From positions 1,764,591 through 1,828,590 of the forward strand of contig CP070761.1 of the NCBI GenBank assembly GCA_020348985.1: 64,000 nt of DNA, given 5' to 3'. Positions within the stretch are counted from its first letter, which is position 1. Each line of letters begins with the position of its first letter. A program made the position numbers and the translations under genes. Below, in pieces: positions 36,064-47,056 of this stretch. This DNA is from Candidatus Thorarchaeota archaeon (lineage in GTDB: Archaea > Asgardarchaeota > Thorarchaeia > Thorarchaeales > Thorarchaeaceae). The notes under the pieces were generated by a model. The model saw only the letters and a list, made by a program, of their open reading frames with translations. It was not told the DNA's origin and did not search any database.

Positions 36064-37953
36064 TCATAGTTTGAGCTTGAACACATACTCATCATCCTCA
36101 AGACTCAGGTGACTCTCGATTATCTGGCCGTACTTCATCAGGAATCGAATCATGGGCTGATTCTGGGGATGGACGATTGCAAGAAACGTGCCTATTCCCT
36201 TGCTCTTTGCTATCTTCACTAGATGTTCGAAGATGAATCTCCCTACTCCCATTCCCTGGAACTCATCTTTTACGAGTAAGGCGAATTCAGCTTCGTTTGT
36301 GCTTCTGTTAAGAAGGAACCTTCCCGCACCGATGATTCTCTCTGATGCGTCCTCCTCGTCCGGCTCAACTACTGCTACTATCGAGACATCCCTGTCTGCG
36401 TCCACGTCATAGAAATCCTGCAATGTACTCCTAGGAATGGCTCTCAAGGGGGCCAAGAATCGGAAGTAGACACTCTCTTCAGACAGGTCATAGAAGAGGT
36501 CCTTTATTCTGTCTGAATCATCAGGACGAGTCAATCGTAAGAGAACCCTCACACTCCCGTCCTCTGCTTTGAAGGTAGCACTGCTCTCATACTCTATAGG
36601 GAAGTACGTCTCTCTGACTTGGAATGGAACCTGGTCCTCGAAAACATAGTGCATCGTCTTTGCGGCTTCGAGCAACTCGTTTCTGAACTTGGGATGTGCA
36701 ATTGCAATTAGCGAAAGGACCCTTTCTCTGATTGTCTTCCCATGCAGGATTGCTAACCCATACTCGGTAATCACCACGTCTACATCGCCTCTCGTTGTAA
36801 CAACACCTGCACCCTCACTCAAACGAGGAACTATTCTCGAGACCTCCCCGTCCATAGCAGTCGAGAGCATGGTAATGATAGCCTTGCCTCCTTGCGAACG
36901 TGATGCCCCTCTAATGAAATCGACCTGACCGCCAATTCCACTATAGAACTTGTGACCAATTGAATCGGCACATACCTGACCCGTCAAATCTATCTCAAGA
37001 GCAGAATTGATTGCTATCATCTTCTTGTTCTGGCCTATCACATGGGGGTCATTGACATATGCAGTGTCGTGAAAGTGAAACATTGGATTATCATAGACAT
37101 AGTCGTACAGCTTCTTTGTACCCATGGCGAATGAAGCAATTACTTTGTCCTTGTGGAGGCTCTTCTTCCGATTTGTCACAACTTCATTCTCTATCAGAGG
37201 GATTAGACTGTCGCTAAACATCTCAGTGTGGACCCCGAGATCCTTGACTCCGGTCTCAAGAAGATTCGTTGCTACAGCCTGTGGCAGAGCACCAATCCCT
37301 AGTTCAAGAGTTGATTCGTTCTCAATCAATCTGGCTACGTAACTGCCTATCCTGTCTATTGTCTCATCAACATCCACAGAGTGGTACTCACGGAGTGGTT
37401 CATTGTGAGGGACCAAGTAGTCAATGTCCTTGACACTGAAGAACGAGTCTCCATGAGTCAGGGGCATTCTCTCATTAACCTGAGCTACCACAAGATCCGC
37501 ACTCTCGGCGCCCGCTTTTGTGATATCAACTGAGATTCCAAGTGAGCAGTATCCATGCCGATCAGGGGGACTTACTTGTATCAATGCAACATCAAGAGGC
37601 ATCCTCTTTGTTCTGAACAGACGAGGTATATCACTAAGCATGATGGGAGAATAGTCTGCCCGACCTTCCGATACGGCTTCGCGGATGTTCTCTGAAACAA
37701 AGAATGTGTTGTGCCTGAAGTGTGCCTGAAACTCAGGTTCGGCGGAAGGAGTGTCGCCGAGCGTGAGAAGGTGCACAATTTCATTGTCGGCCATTTCTCC
37801 AGCATGCTTGGCCAGCTCATGAACAAGGTGATACGGGACTCCACAACCAGTCCCCAGAAAGATCCTGCTGCCTCGTTTTATCTTCTTGATAGCAGACGAT
37901 CCATTCAACACCTTTCTCTTGTACTTCTCCGTCCATTCAACCTCAGTCATCAA
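36064..37953 (-). CDS. Acetyl-CoA hydrolase/CoA-transferase fused to a C-terminal Pat-type GNAT domain (copy 2)
   Basis: Tandem paralog of 34092-35981 with the same length (629 aa) and motifs. Confidence 0.9.
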   Translation of the reverse strand: MMTEVEWTEKYKRKVLNGSSAIKKIKRGSRIFLGTGCGVPYHLVHELAKHAGEMADNEIVHLLTLGDTPSAEPEFQAHFRHNTFFVSENIREAVSEGRADYSPIMLSDIPRLFRTKRMPLDVALIQVSPPDRHGYCSLGISVDITKAGAESADLVVAQVNERMPLTHGDSFFSVKDIDYLVPHNEPLREYHSVDVDETIDRIGSYVARLIENESTLELGIGALPQAVATNLLETGVKDLGVHTEMFSDSLIPLIENEVVTNRKKSLHKDKVIASFAMGTKKLYDYVYDNPMFHFHDTAYVNDPHVIGQNKKMIAINSALEIDLTGQVCADSIGHKFYSGIGGQVDFIRGASRSQGGKAIITMLSTAMDGEVSRIVPRLSEGAGVVTTRGDVDVVITEYGLAILHGKTIRERVLSLIAIAHPKFRNELLEAAKTMHYVFEDQVPFQVRETYFPIEYESSATFKAEDGSVRVLLRLTRPDDSDRIKDLFYDLSEESVYFRFLAPLRAIPRSTLQDFYDVDADRDVSIVAVVEPDEEDASERIIGAGRFLLNRSTNEAEFALLVKDEFQGMGVGRFIFEHLVKIAKSKGIGTFLAIVHPQNQPMIRFLMKYGQIIESHLSLEDDEYVFKLKL

Positions 37954-38103
37954 ATGACCCTCAGTGCGATTGACTGTCGTCCCTTGAGCTTCATAAAGCG
38001 TTTTACTTTCTGTTTCGAATCCAAAATGTTCCTGCTTTAGGAAATGCTTTAAGCGACAATACTTGGCCCGCGGCTAGACTCGACAATCAGTCTGAACTTT
38101 CAG

Positions 38104-39411
38104 GTGACGACCGCAATGTCCGAATACGTTGGAAATCGCTATCTTGTAATCGTTGGAGCCATCATTGTCCAGCTCTGCCTGGGAAGTATCTATGCATGGT
38201 CCTTTTTCCAGACTGCCCTACGTGAGAGCTCTGGAGCCTATGGTTGGCTTTCTCTTTGGACACAACTACCGTTTGCGGCTGGTCTTGCTTCATTTGCTCT
38301 GTTTATGATCTTCGCAGGAAGATGGCAGGACAATGTTGGTCCTAGGAAAGTCGCTACATTCGGCGGGGCTCTCCTAGGTCTTGGCTACATTCTAGCTTGG
38401 CTAGTCGATATTGTCGCAGCTGGTGATGCTCTCATCGGCACGATCTGGCTTATCATAACTTATGGAATCATAGGCGGTGCAGGCATCGGTTTCGCATATG
38501 TATGCCCCATCGCAGCACTTGTCAAGTGGTTCCCTGACAAGAAGGGGGCAATCACTGGAATTGCAGTGGCCGGGTTTGGTGGAGGTGCTCTTGCATTTGG
38601 TTATGTTGAGCAGTTCCTCCTTGATCTTTACAACGTACCAAGTGTTGGGCAAATTGGAATGCCTTTCCTGATTCTGGGTGTGACTTATCTCATTCTAGTT
38701 GTGCTAGGTTCACAGGTCTTGACGAATCCTCCAGAGGGCTGGCTACCTCCGGGATATACTCCGCCAGTGACAACTGCTGACGGAAAGGGCATTGAAATAA
38801 TGCCTGGGGAGATGATAAGGGACCGTAGATTCTGGTTGCTCTGGATCATGTTCGTTTTTGCTGCCACTGCAGGCCTCATGACTCTAGGCAATGTGAAGAC
38901 TGCTTCAATACTGATTGACCCGCTCACCAACGCTGTGATTCTCGTTGGAATTATGAGTTTGCTCAATGCAGCGGGCCGCATTGTCTGGGGTGCAGTCTCT
39001 GACAAGCTAGGCCGCGAAAACACTATGGGAATGATGTTCTTAGTGTTGGCACTGGCAATGTTTGCATTCGCCGCGGTTTCCACACCGGGTGCTGTCAGCT
39101 GGTATGCAGTTATGGGCATTGCAAGCTTGATTGGTTTCTGCTTTGGTGGCAACTTTGCTCTATTCCCATCTGCAACTGCAGATTTCTGGGGATCAAAGAA
39201 TGTTGGCAAGAACTACGGAGTCATGTTTACAGCCTACGGCATAGCAGGCATTCTTGGTGGGTTGGTTGCTGGCTCTTTCGTTGACTTCACGGGGAGCTAC
39301 TTCCTGGCATTTGTGACAACTGGCGTTCTGGCGATCGTTGCACTAGTGCTCGTTCTTGTACTCAAGACCGTTGTCAAAAAGAACCTCATTTCAACGACTG
39401 CAGTCGAATAG
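38104..39411 (+). CDS. OFA-family MFS transporter (oxalate:formate antiporter-like)
   Basis: LG.IYAWS, G.WQD..GPR, KWFPDKKG..TG, SDKLGR, G.KN.G.NYG. Confidence 0.9.
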   Translation: MTTAMSEYVGNRYLVIVGAIIVQLCLGSIYAWSFFQTALRESSGAYGWLSLWTQLPFAAGLASFALFMIFAGRWQDNVGPRKVATFGGALLGLGYILAWLVDIVAAGDALIGTIWLIITYGIIGGAGIGFAYVCPIAALVKWFPDKKGAITGIAVAGFGGGALAFGYVEQFLLDLYNVPSVGQIGMPFLILGVTYLILVVLGSQVLTNPPEGWLPPGYTPPVTTADGKGIEIMPGEMIRDRRFWLLWIMFVFAATAGLMTLGNVKTASILIDPLTNAVILVGIMSLLNAAGRIVWGAVSDKLGRENTMGMMFLVLALAMFAFAAVSTPGAVSWYAVMGIASLIGFCFGGNFALFPSATADFWGSKNVGKNYGVMFTAYGIAGILGGLVAGSFVDFTGSYFLAFVTTGVLAIVALVLVLVLKTVVKKNLISTTAVE

Positions 39412-39425
39412 ACGCGAAAGACAAG

Positions 39426-39451
39426 AGGCAAGGATGTGAGAATCCTTGCCT
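39426..39451 (+). terminator. Perfect 10-bp hairpin after the OFA transporter
   Basis: AGGCAAGGAT-gtgaga-ATCCTTGCCT followed by a pyrimidine-rich tract. Confidence 0.6.
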
Positions 39452-39572
39452 TCCATCCTTTGTTCTTAAATCATCTTCTTCACAAGGGGCGGCCAAAATC
39501 ATTGTGCTTTCACTGTACTCAACGATAATCCGAAAAATATGACTCCTTCTGTTGAGTATGGAATGACTGATT

Positions 39573-40097
39573 GTGATGATGGAATCTGATATCGAGCTCC
39601 GAGATGGCAGAGTGGTCACTCTTAGAAGTCTGAAGGCGGACGACAAGAATGGCTTGGTCTCCATGTTTTCTTCTATGACTAATGCCGCACTTGAATGGGG
39701 AATGCCGCCTTACACCGAAGAAGTTGTAGAACGCTGGATCGCATCCATTCAGTCTTTGATCTCTCTTGTGGCCATATACGACAATCAGATTGTAGGTTAT
39801 TCAGCAATATTCAAACATAGCCATCCCAGAAGATTAGGCATCGGTGAAATGGGAATCTACATTCACCAAGACTTTCACGGGGTTGGACTCGGAACTCTGA
39901 TGACAAACAAAGTGGTTACAGTTGCAGTGGAACAAGGCCTTCATCGATTGAGTCTTGAGGTTGTAGAAGACAACGAAGCAGCTGTAAAGCTCTACAAGAA
40001 ATCGGGGTTCCTATTGGAGGGTACGATGAAAGATGCTTATTTTGGAGAAGACAAGAAATACCACAACACGCTCATAATGAGCAGAATTCTATCCTAG
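39573..40097 (+). CDS. GNAT acetyltransferase
   Basis: FHGVGLGT, N.AA..LY.K.GF..EG. Confidence 0.88.
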   Translation: MMMESDIELRDGRVVTLRSLKADDKNGLVSMFSSMTNAALEWGMPPYTEEVVERWIASIQSLISLVAIYDNQIVGYSAIFKHSHPRRLGIGEMGIYIHQDFHGVGLGTLMTNKVVTVAVEQGLHRLSLEVVEDNEAAVKLYKKSGFLLEGTMKDAYFGEDKKYHNTLIMSRILS

Positions 40098-40176
40098 TAT
40101 GGACCTCTCTCGAATGTACTAAAGTCTCGCATGTCTTATATTGAAACCATGAGATGTCGACAGTAGCGGGTTTACG

Positions 40177-40455
40177 ATGTACAAGTGGACGGCTTCTTTA
40201 TTTCTTTGCGAACTAGGATTTGCGATTTGTTCCTTAGGTGGCTGTTTCGTAAGATCAGTCTATGGCACTCCTTACCTCCTCAGCGTCGCAAACATCGTTG
40301 TTGCCATAGGCATTTTGGGTGCCTTTCTTTTCGTTTATCTCGCCTACTACATCATCACTTACAGAGATAGTCTCTTCTTTAGCCCAGAAGAACTGGAGTT
40401 CAATGCCGCAGCGCTGGAAGCGGGCCTCGACTGGAACGGCCTAGAAGCAGCTTGA
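40177..40455 (+). CDS. Small membrane protein
   Basis: Two hydrophobic helices. Confidence 0.45.
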   Translation: MYKWTASLFLCELGFAICSLGGCFVRSVYGTPYLLSVANIVVAIGILGAFLFVYLAYYIITYRDSLFFSPEELEFNAAALEAGLDWNGLEAA

Positions 40456-40568
40456 TAGTATCCAATTTCTCCTGATTGTTCTCGATGATTTATGTCGTCA
40501 TTAGACAAGGTTCATATAGTCAGTTTTCAGGCGGGGCGCTCGTATCGATACAAATTCGGGTGACAAAT

Positions 40569-42557
40569 TTGTCTGAGGAAAAGATCACTGTTACTTCTAC
40601 TGAAGGGAGAAAGTTCGATCCTCCCCAGAGCTTCATCGACAAAGCTTACGTGAAGTCTGCTGAAGAGCAGAGGAAGCTTTGGAGGGGGTCGCTCGACAAT
40701 TCCGATGAATTCTGGCTAAAGACGGCAAAGGAGCTTTGCTACTGGAAGAAAGAACCGACTGAGGGCTTCAAATGGACAGACATGTCCAAAATCAAGTTTA
40801 CATGGTTTGCTGACGGCGTTACCAACATGGCCTACAACTGCACCGACAAGTGGGTTGAGGCCGGGCGCGGTGACCAGCTGGCTTTGATTTGGCAGGGTGA
40901 GCCCGAAGATGATGTAGTCAAGTATACCTACAGGGAACTGCGCGACGAAGTTAACAAAGCAGCTAGCGTTCTCAAGAATCTCGGTGTGGGGAAGGGTGAC
41001 CGTGTAGCCATCTACTTGCCCATGATTCCTGAGCTTGCTATCGTCATGCTTGCTTGTACACGAATTGGTGCAGTTCACTCAATTGTCTTCGGTGCATTTG
41101 GAGGAGATGCGCTAAGGGATAGGATTGACGACTGCGATGCCAAGCTGCTTGTTACCGCTGATGGCTCATTCAGGCGAGGGAAGGTCTTCCCGCTCAAGCA
41201 CAATGCAGATGCGGCATTGGAGGAAGCCCCAACTATCGAGAAGGTGCTTGTTGTTCAGAGAACCAAAGTCGACATCAGCTGGACCCAAGGACGAGACTTC
41301 TGGTATCATGATGAAATGGCGAAAGTCGGACCCGAGATTGAGACTGAGTGGCTGAATGCAGAGGATCCACTGTTCATTCTTTACACATCTGGATCAACTG
41401 GCAAGCCGAAGGGAGTTCTTCACACAACCGGCGGCTACATGGTCTACACGACTAGCACATTCCTGAACATCTTCGACTGGCATCCTGGTGATGTCTACTG
41501 GTGCACAGCTGACATTGGCTGGATCACCGGTCATAGTTACATTGTATATGGTCCTCTCAGTGCCGGTTCGACGACTTTGATGTTTGAGGGTGTGCCAACT
41601 TGGCCTGATAACAGCCGTTTCTGGCAAGTCTGCGAGAAATACAAGGTCAACCAGTTCTATACAGCCCCAACCGCTATCCGAGCGCTCATGAAGTTCGGTG
41701 AAGAACCCGTCAAGAAACACGATTTATCCACACTCAATCTGCTGGGAACTGTGGGTGAACCTATCAACCCAGCCGCGTGGGAGTGGTACCACAGAGTAAT
41801 CGGTAATGAGAACTGTCCTATTGTGGACACTTATTGGCAAACTGAAACAGGCGGAGTAATCATGACTCCCTTGCCTGGTGCAACTCCGACCAAGCCTGGC
41901 TCATGCACGAGACCATACTTCGGCATAGATCCGATCATTGTCGATGAAACCGGGACTCCTGTTGGAGAGAACGAGGGCGGCTATCTTTGCATTCGTCGTC
42001 CCTGGCCCGGCCTCATGCGAACCGTATACGGTGACCATGACAGATTTGTGAACACATACTGGGTGCAATTCAAGGACCCAGACACTGGAGACCCGATGTA
42101 CATGACAGGTGACGGTTCAAGATTCGACGAAGACGAGTACTTCTGGGTGATGGGTCGTCTTGACGACGTTCTCAAAGTTAGCGGACATCGTCTAGGAACT
42201 GCAGAAATTGAGTCAGCACTCGTATCGCATGCAACAGTTGCAGAATGTGCAGTCGTTGGTTTTCCGCACGAAATCAAGGGTGAGGACATCTACGTGTTTG
42301 CAACACTGAGGACTGGTGTGGAGAAGACCGACGAGCTGAAAGAGGAACTTAAGCGCCATGTGCGTGCTGAAATAGGCCCAATCGCCACTCCTGCGAAGAT
42401 TCAGTTCGCAGATGCTCTACCCAAGACTCGATCAGGTAAGATTATGCGCCGAATCCTGAAGCGCATTGCCGCAGGTCAGATTGACGATTTAGGTGACACA
42501 ACCACACTTGCTGACCCGACAGTCGTTGAAACGCTTGTCAGGGAACGCATCGAGTAA
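40569..42557 (+). CDS. acs: AMP-forming acetyl-CoA synthetase
   Basis: [46 protein letters not shown]; probable TTG start 40569 after GGTGA. Confidence 0.96.
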   Translation: MSEEKITVTSTEGRKFDPPQSFIDKAYVKSAEEQRKLWRGSLDNSDEFWLKTAKELCYWKKEPTEGFKWTDMSKIKFTWFADGVTNMAYNCTDKWVEAGRGDQLALIWQGEPEDDVVKYTYRELRDEVNKAASVLKNLGVGKGDRVAIYLPMIPELAIVMLACTRIGAVHSIVFGAFGGDALRDRIDDCDAKLLVTADGSFRRGKVFPLKHNADAALEEAPTIEKVLVVQRTKVDISWTQGRDFWYHDEMAKVGPEIETEWLNAEDPLFILYTSGSTGKPKGVLHTTGGYMVYTTSTFLNIFDWHPGDVYWCTADIGWITGHSYIVYGPLSAGSTTLMFEGVPTWPDNSRFWQVCEKYKVNQFYTAPTAIRALMKFGEEPVKKHDLSTLNLLGTVGEPINPAAWEWYHRVIGNENCPIVDTYWQTETGGVIMTPLPGATPTKPGSCTRPYFGIDPIIVDETGTPVGENEGGYLCIRRPWPGLMRTVYGDHDRFVNTYWVQFKDPDTGDPMYMTGDGSRFDEDEYFWVMGRLDDVLKVSGHRLGTAEIESALVSHATVAECAVVGFPHEIKGEDIYVFATLRTGVEKTDELKEELKRHVRAEIGPIATPAKIQFADALPKTRSGKIMRRILKRIAAGQIDDLGDTTTLADPTVVETLVRERIE

Positions 42558-42572
42558 TTCGATTATTTCGAT

Positions 42573-42612
42573 GGGGGCGGCCACAAGGCCCCCTCCTGTT
42601 TCTGTTTTCTGT
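42573..42612 (+). terminator. GC-rich hairpin plus T-rich tract after acs
   Basis: GGGGGCGGCC-acaa-GGCCCCCTCC then tgtttctgttttct. Confidence 0.6.
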
Positions 42613-42686
42613 CTCTTGATTGCATACTTCCTGCACACACGGCCCCTGCCAGAAAGCATATTGACAATGGCTTACATGAAGTCAAT

Positions 42687-43661
42687 GTGATAGGAATGCC
42701 TTCAGGAGTTGCCGTTCCGAAAGCTGTTGACGAGGTAAGAATCACTCTTGTGATGGACAATCTCACCGACCTAACGCAACACGACACCGATGTCGCTAAG
42801 AGATTGCACTATGGGACTGATCCGTTCACTCCTTCCGATCGACCACCTGTGCTTATAGCCGAGCATGGGTTCTCAGCCTTTGTTCTCGCTAGACGCGGCT
42901 CAGAACAGGGCAACGTACTCTTCGATTCTGGAATCAGTGTCGATGGTGTCATGCACAATCTTGATGTTATGCAGATTGGAGTTGACACGTTTAGTGCCAT
43001 CGTTCTCAGCCACGGTCACGCTGATCACGCCAATGGCCTGATTGGAATAGGGCGGAGGACGGGGAGAAAAGGACTGCCTCTGCTTCTGCATCCTGATTCC
43101 TTCCTTCACAGGAAACTGATTCTACCCACCGGGATCGAGGTGAAGATGCCCTCCCCTTCTAGGACAAGTATTCAGGACAACAACATCGAAGTAATAGAAG
43201 AAACCGGGCCGTCTTTTCTCTTGGATGAGACAATGTTGGTCTCAGGTGAAGTGCCAAGAGAATCATCGTTTGAAACTGGTCTTCCATACCATTACGCAGA
43301 ACGGAATGGTGCCTGGGAACCAGATCCTCAAGTGAACGATGACCAGTGCATTGTCCTTAACGTGCGCGGAAGGGGACTTGTGATTCTCACTGGCTGTGGT
43401 CATGCAGGCATCATAAACACAATCAGGAATGCGCAAGAATTGACTGAAGAGAAGAAAGTCTACGCGGTGATTGGGGGATTCCATCTAGGAGGCAAGTACT
43501 TCGAAAACATAATCCCACAGACTGTTGCAGAACTCAAGAAAATCAATCCTAAGTATATCATACCTGCCCATTGCACTGGATGGAATGCAAAGTTCCAGAT
43601 CGCCAAAGCAATGCCAGAATCATTTGTTGAGGGCAGTGTAGGTACTACTCTAGTTCTCTAG
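42687..43661 (+). CDS. Metallo-beta-lactamase-fold protein (COG1237-like)
   Basis: AEHGFS, SHGHADH, GCGHAG, GGFHL, HCTG. Confidence 0.88.
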   Translation: MIGMPSGVAVPKAVDEVRITLVMDNLTDLTQHDTDVAKRLHYGTDPFTPSDRPPVLIAEHGFSAFVLARRGSEQGNVLFDSGISVDGVMHNLDVMQIGVDTFSAIVLSHGHADHANGLIGIGRRTGRKGLPLLLHPDSFLHRKLILPTGIEVKMPSPSRTSIQDNNIEVIEETGPSFLLDETMLVSGEVPRESSFETGLPYHYAERNGAWEPDPQVNDDQCIVLNVRGRGLVILTGCGHAGIINTIRNAQELTEEKKVYAVIGGFHLGGKYFENIIPQTVAELKKINPKYIIPAHCTGWNAKFQIAKAMPESFVEGSVGTTLVL

Positions 43662-43757
43662 CCGATCTGTGCGCTGGTCACAGATATCATACTGTATACA
43701 ATCTTCTCATTGTAGAATTCAACTGACTCTCCAACCTCCGTCTTGCCCAGAACAGAC

Positions 43758-44048
43758 TCAATTAGTTCCTGCATACCCACCTGTCTTTGCAGTCCAGAAG
43801 AATAGACTTGACGGACCCTCTGGAAGTAGCCATGCAAGCAATCCCACAAAGGACATGCAGATGCCAGCGAGAAACGGATAAAATGCATAACCAGAGAACG
43901 TACTGTAGATGTAAGAGGAGCCTGCGAAGGCTGCTGCGAAAGAGACTAGAAGAGTAAAGATGATTGATGTGCCTGTGAGGATGCCTCCGGCAATTGCAAG
44001 CAATCTTCCGTATCTGCGTCTCCGATTCGGCTTTTCTCTTTCTGCCAC
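43758..44048 (-). CDS. Small two-TM membrane protein
   Basis: Basic N-terminus and two TM helices; probable GTG start 44048. Confidence 0.55.
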   Translation of the reverse strand: MAEREKPNRRRRYGRLLAIAGGILTGTSIIFTLLVSFAAAFAGSSYIYSTFSGYAFYPFLAGICMSFVGLLAWLLPEGPSSLFFWTAKTGGYAGTN

Positions 44049-44163
44049 GATTATCAAGTGAATATCCGTGATTCTTGAGATAAGGTTTGTCACCTGGGTT
44101 GCCTCCATACGTGACTGTATCCAAATCCGGTTTCGATTGAGTTAAGTTGGCTTTGACAACCAG

Positions 44164-44679
44164 ATGACAGAAGGAGACAGGACTTTGACTGGCGTGGGCA
44201 GTCGGAATGATGATATTACAAAGGAAGGACTGTGGGAACGGATCTGCGCCATCCGAGCTAACTGGGGTGATCAAGCGAAGCTTAGAGAGCTGCTGGATGA
44301 GTGGGATAGGGATTTTGGTTCCGAATACGACGACAAGACCTTGGAAGCCCTGGCGGAGAATGTTCGAAAGAACGCTGCTGCCTGGGCCAAACAAGAAGGT
44401 ATCTCAACCCCTGAGGATATTGTGCGCAGTATGTGGGAAGGTTGGACTGAGGGGGAGTTCACGATTGATCGAACCGATGCCGGGATTCAGATAAGATGCA
44501 CAAAGTGTCCCATCGCAGATTCGTATCTAGCCATTGACAAAGCAGAAGCTGGCCTATTGTTTCAGTGCAGCGAGGACCCCTACATTGTTGAAGGAACCAA
44601 TCCCAATATGAATTTTCGAAGGACTAAGACACTTATGGCCGGCGATGATTGCTGTGATCATTTCTACTCAATGGACTAG
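44164..44679 (+). CDS. L-2-amino-thiazoline-4-carboxylate hydrolase-like protein
   Basis: C..CP....C..D.....F.RTKTLM.G...CDH. Confidence 0.75.
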   Translation: MTEGDRTLTGVGSRNDDITKEGLWERICAIRANWGDQAKLRELLDEWDRDFGSEYDDKTLEALAENVRKNAAAWAKQEGISTPEDIVRSMWEGWTEGEFTIDRTDAGIQIRCTKCPIADSYLAIDKAEAGLLFQCSEDPYIVEGTNPNMNFRRTKTLMAGDDCCDHFYSMD

Positions 44680-44691
44680 CACAAAACAGTT

Positions 44692-45342
44692 TCAGATTTT
44701 CCTTGCAGAGACAACGTAGGCCTTTGCACCTTTTTCATGAATCCTCGATTCAATTAGCGTGTCACGTATGTACGCGATATCGAAAGATGCAGAGAGACTA
44801 TCTCTGATTTCAGACTTAGTCACCCTCCTTGGACCTCTCCCGGGCGGCTCTTTTTCAGAGAAACATAGCATGTAGTATCCTCCACCGCCAAGCAGAACTG
44901 TAGATATCTGTCGGATGTATCTGGGAACGTCCTCAATTGACACAGTATGATACAAGGCCGAATCGACCACCGATTCAAACTCGCCTTCACCAAAGTACTC
45001 TTCCAATTCGAAAACATCTCCGAGGAAGAATTCAACGTAGACATCGTGCTTTTCTGCCCGCCTCCTAGCAATCTCCACCGCTTCAGGTGTAAAATCAATT
45101 CCCAAAACTGAGAACCCCTGTTCGGCCAAGTAAATCGAGTTCTCTCCCGCTCCACACCCAACGTCAAGAACGCGATTCCCTATAATCTCTCTTCTCTTAA
45201 CAAGCTCCACTATGGCCCGCTGTGGATGGCAAACGTCCCATGGAGCTTCGTTTGCATAAAAGTCACTCCAGCTAGTCAGAAGATTCACCGCCCCAATCTT
45301 GGTAACTATAGTTAAGCAATCTTTGGATACTGGCAAAGACAC
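44692..45342 (-). CDS. Class I SAM-dependent methyltransferase
   Basis: APWD...PQ, VLDVGCGAG; true start is probably downstream of 45342. Confidence 0.85.
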   Translation of the reverse strand: MSLPVSKDCLTIVTKIGAVNLLTSWSDFYANEAPWDVCHPQRAIVELVKRREIIGNRVLDVGCGAGENSIYLAEQGFSVLGIDFTPEAVEIARRRAEKHDVYVEFFLGDVFELEEYFGEGEFESVVDSALYHTVSIEDVPRYIRQISTVLLGGGGYYMLCFSEKEPPGRGPRRVTKSEIRDSLSASFDIAYIRDTLIESRIHEKGAKAYVVSARKI

Positions 45343-45372
45343 AGCTTGTTTTTCAAATCCAAAGAAAGCAAA

Positions 45373-45675
45373 TCAGCTCTTCTTTCTCGTTCTCTTGGTC
45401 GCCGTTATCTTCAGGACCACGCCGGCATCGGTGGGATCAGGACACCGCACAAACTCTGTCGACACACCATCTTTGTTGATAATCTTCTCATAGGGTGTTC
45501 CTTTGTAACTCCACCCCAATCTTCCGTCATATCTCAAGACCTTAATCATAGGTCTGGCACTGGCCAACAGCCAAGGGCACACTTTCCCGCTATCGGCAGG
45601 ATACTTGAACTTCTGACCCAACTTATGACGGCTGCATCTCTCTCCTTCGAAGATTTCGAGTACGATGTCTCTCAT
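45373..45675 (-). CDS. TIGR04076-family small Cys protein (second copy)
   Basis: C...K.GQKF......CPW....CPDP...VV.KI. Confidence 0.72.
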   Translation of the reverse strand: MRDIVLEIFEGERCSRHKLGQKFKYPADSGKVCPWLLASARPMIKVLRYDGRLGWSYKGTPYEKIINKDGVSTEFVRCPDPTDAGVVLKITATKRTRKKS

Positions 45676-45772
45676 TCCTGTACCTCAGCTTGCGCTATCG
45701 AAGGTCGCGAATGTATGGGCACCTATAGCGGTTGTCCTGCACGCAAGCAGTCATATGGCAACATAGAATAGT

Positions 45773-46036
45773 GTGATGAATTCGTCCCGCTTTGTGCAAA
45801 GCATGAGCGACCAAGGAACCTTGTCCAAAAAACCCATAGGAACGATTCTCAGTGTTGCTATATTCATTGTCTGGGTCTTTGTAGACTTGTACTGGTTCTT
45901 GCCACTCCGACCTGTAATCGAGTATCCTGTTTTCGAATTGCTTGCGTATGGTTCATGGGTCGTTATAATCATAGTCATCTTCATGATAATCTCATGGGCA
46001 AGACTAATCCCAGAACGAAAGACGTCAACGGAATGA
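45773..46036 (+). CDS. Small two-TM membrane protein
   Basis: Two hydrophobic helices. Confidence 0.5.
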   Translation: MMNSSRFVQSMSDQGTLSKKPIGTILSVAIFIVWVFVDLYWFLPLRPVIEYPVFELLAYGSWVVIIIVIFMIISWARLIPERKTSTE

Positions 46037-46142
46037 TCTCATCAATCACTCAAATTCGTGAGTGCATATAGCGACTGGCTCACATCATCCGAGCTGACAG
46101 TTCTAAAGGCATCGGAACGTCGTCTCCTGTGGAGAATTCAAC

Positions 46143-46988
46143 ATGAAGTATGGCATAGACATGCCTATCCCTCCTGTGAGCGGCCAGGTTGAAATCACAA
46201 CAGTGGTTGATTGGGCTGTTGAGGCTGAGGAGGCTGGATGGGATGCATTTTCTGTTTGGGATCATCTGCTCATGTGGTATCCCGAGGACCACGAGGTCTT
46301 TGATCCCTGGATAGTAAGAGCGGCAATTGCGGTCAAGACCAAGTCGATTAAGATTGCCTCAAACATTACTCCCTTGGCACGAAGGCGGCCCTGGAAAGTT
46401 GCACGAGAATCCGTTTCTCTTGATCATCTTTCGAATGGCAGAGTGATAATGGGTGTCGGACTTGGAGCACCTCCAGAAGAATTTGACGCGTTTGGTGAAG
46501 AAGCCAATCCGAAGATTCGAGCTGAAAAGCTCGATGAAGCAATGGAGATTCTTACTGGTCTGTGGTCCGGAGAACCTGTTTCTTTCAAGGGGAAGCACTT
46601 CAATCTCAAGGAAGTGACCTTCCGACCACGTCCTGTCCAAAAGCCACGGATTCCCATATGGGTAGGCGGCGCGTGGCCAAACAAGAATCCCTTCAGGAGG
46701 GCAGCTCGATACGATGGAGTGGTTCCAACACGAGAATGGCCCGATTTCCTTTCTCCGGAAGACCTTCGAGAAGTGCTTACACTAATTGAGGGATATCGTG
46801 GCAACCTAAAGGATTTCGATGCTGCAGTCTTCGGCCAGACAACTGGTGTTGACAAGACCGAAGATAGGTTAACCATTGAATCTTGGATCGAATCTGGCGC
46901 CACGTGGTGGTTTGAAATGATTAATGGGTGGAGAGCGAAGCCAAAAGAGCTCCTAGAACGAATTCGAAATGGTCCACCTGAAGTCTAG
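46143..46988 (+). CDS. LLM-class (luciferase-like, probably F420-dependent) oxidoreductase
   Basis: AE.AGWD....WDH, DPW, LDHLSNGR...GVGLG, P.PVQKPRIPIWVGG. Confidence 0.9.
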   Translation: MKYGIDMPIPPVSGQVEITTVVDWAVEAEEAGWDAFSVWDHLLMWYPEDHEVFDPWIVRAAIAVKTKSIKIASNITPLARRRPWKVARESVSLDHLSNGRVIMGVGLGAPPEEFDAFGEEANPKIRAEKLDEAMEILTGLWSGEPVSFKGKHFNLKEVTFRPRPVQKPRIPIWVGGAWPNKNPFRRAARYDGVVPTREWPDFLSPEDLREVLTLIEGYRGNLKDFDAAVFGQTTGVDKTEDRLTIESWIESGATWWFEMINGWRAKPKELLERIRNGPPEV

Positions 46989-47056
46989 GATACAAGAAGA
47001 CCAATCCATATATCGGTGAGAAACGCAGGAGTACATACACGTAGGAAGATAATGAG

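Noticed and set aside
34092-37953. Assembly duplication of the CoA-transferase-GNAT gene
   Set aside because: The two copies differ at many amino-acid and synonymous positions throughout, so they are true paralogs.
45270-45295. Second possible CTG start (methyltransferase 44692-45342)
   Set aside because: An SD-like GCGGTGA precedes a CTG, but an in-frame GTG lies three codons upstream, so a non-canonical start is not required.
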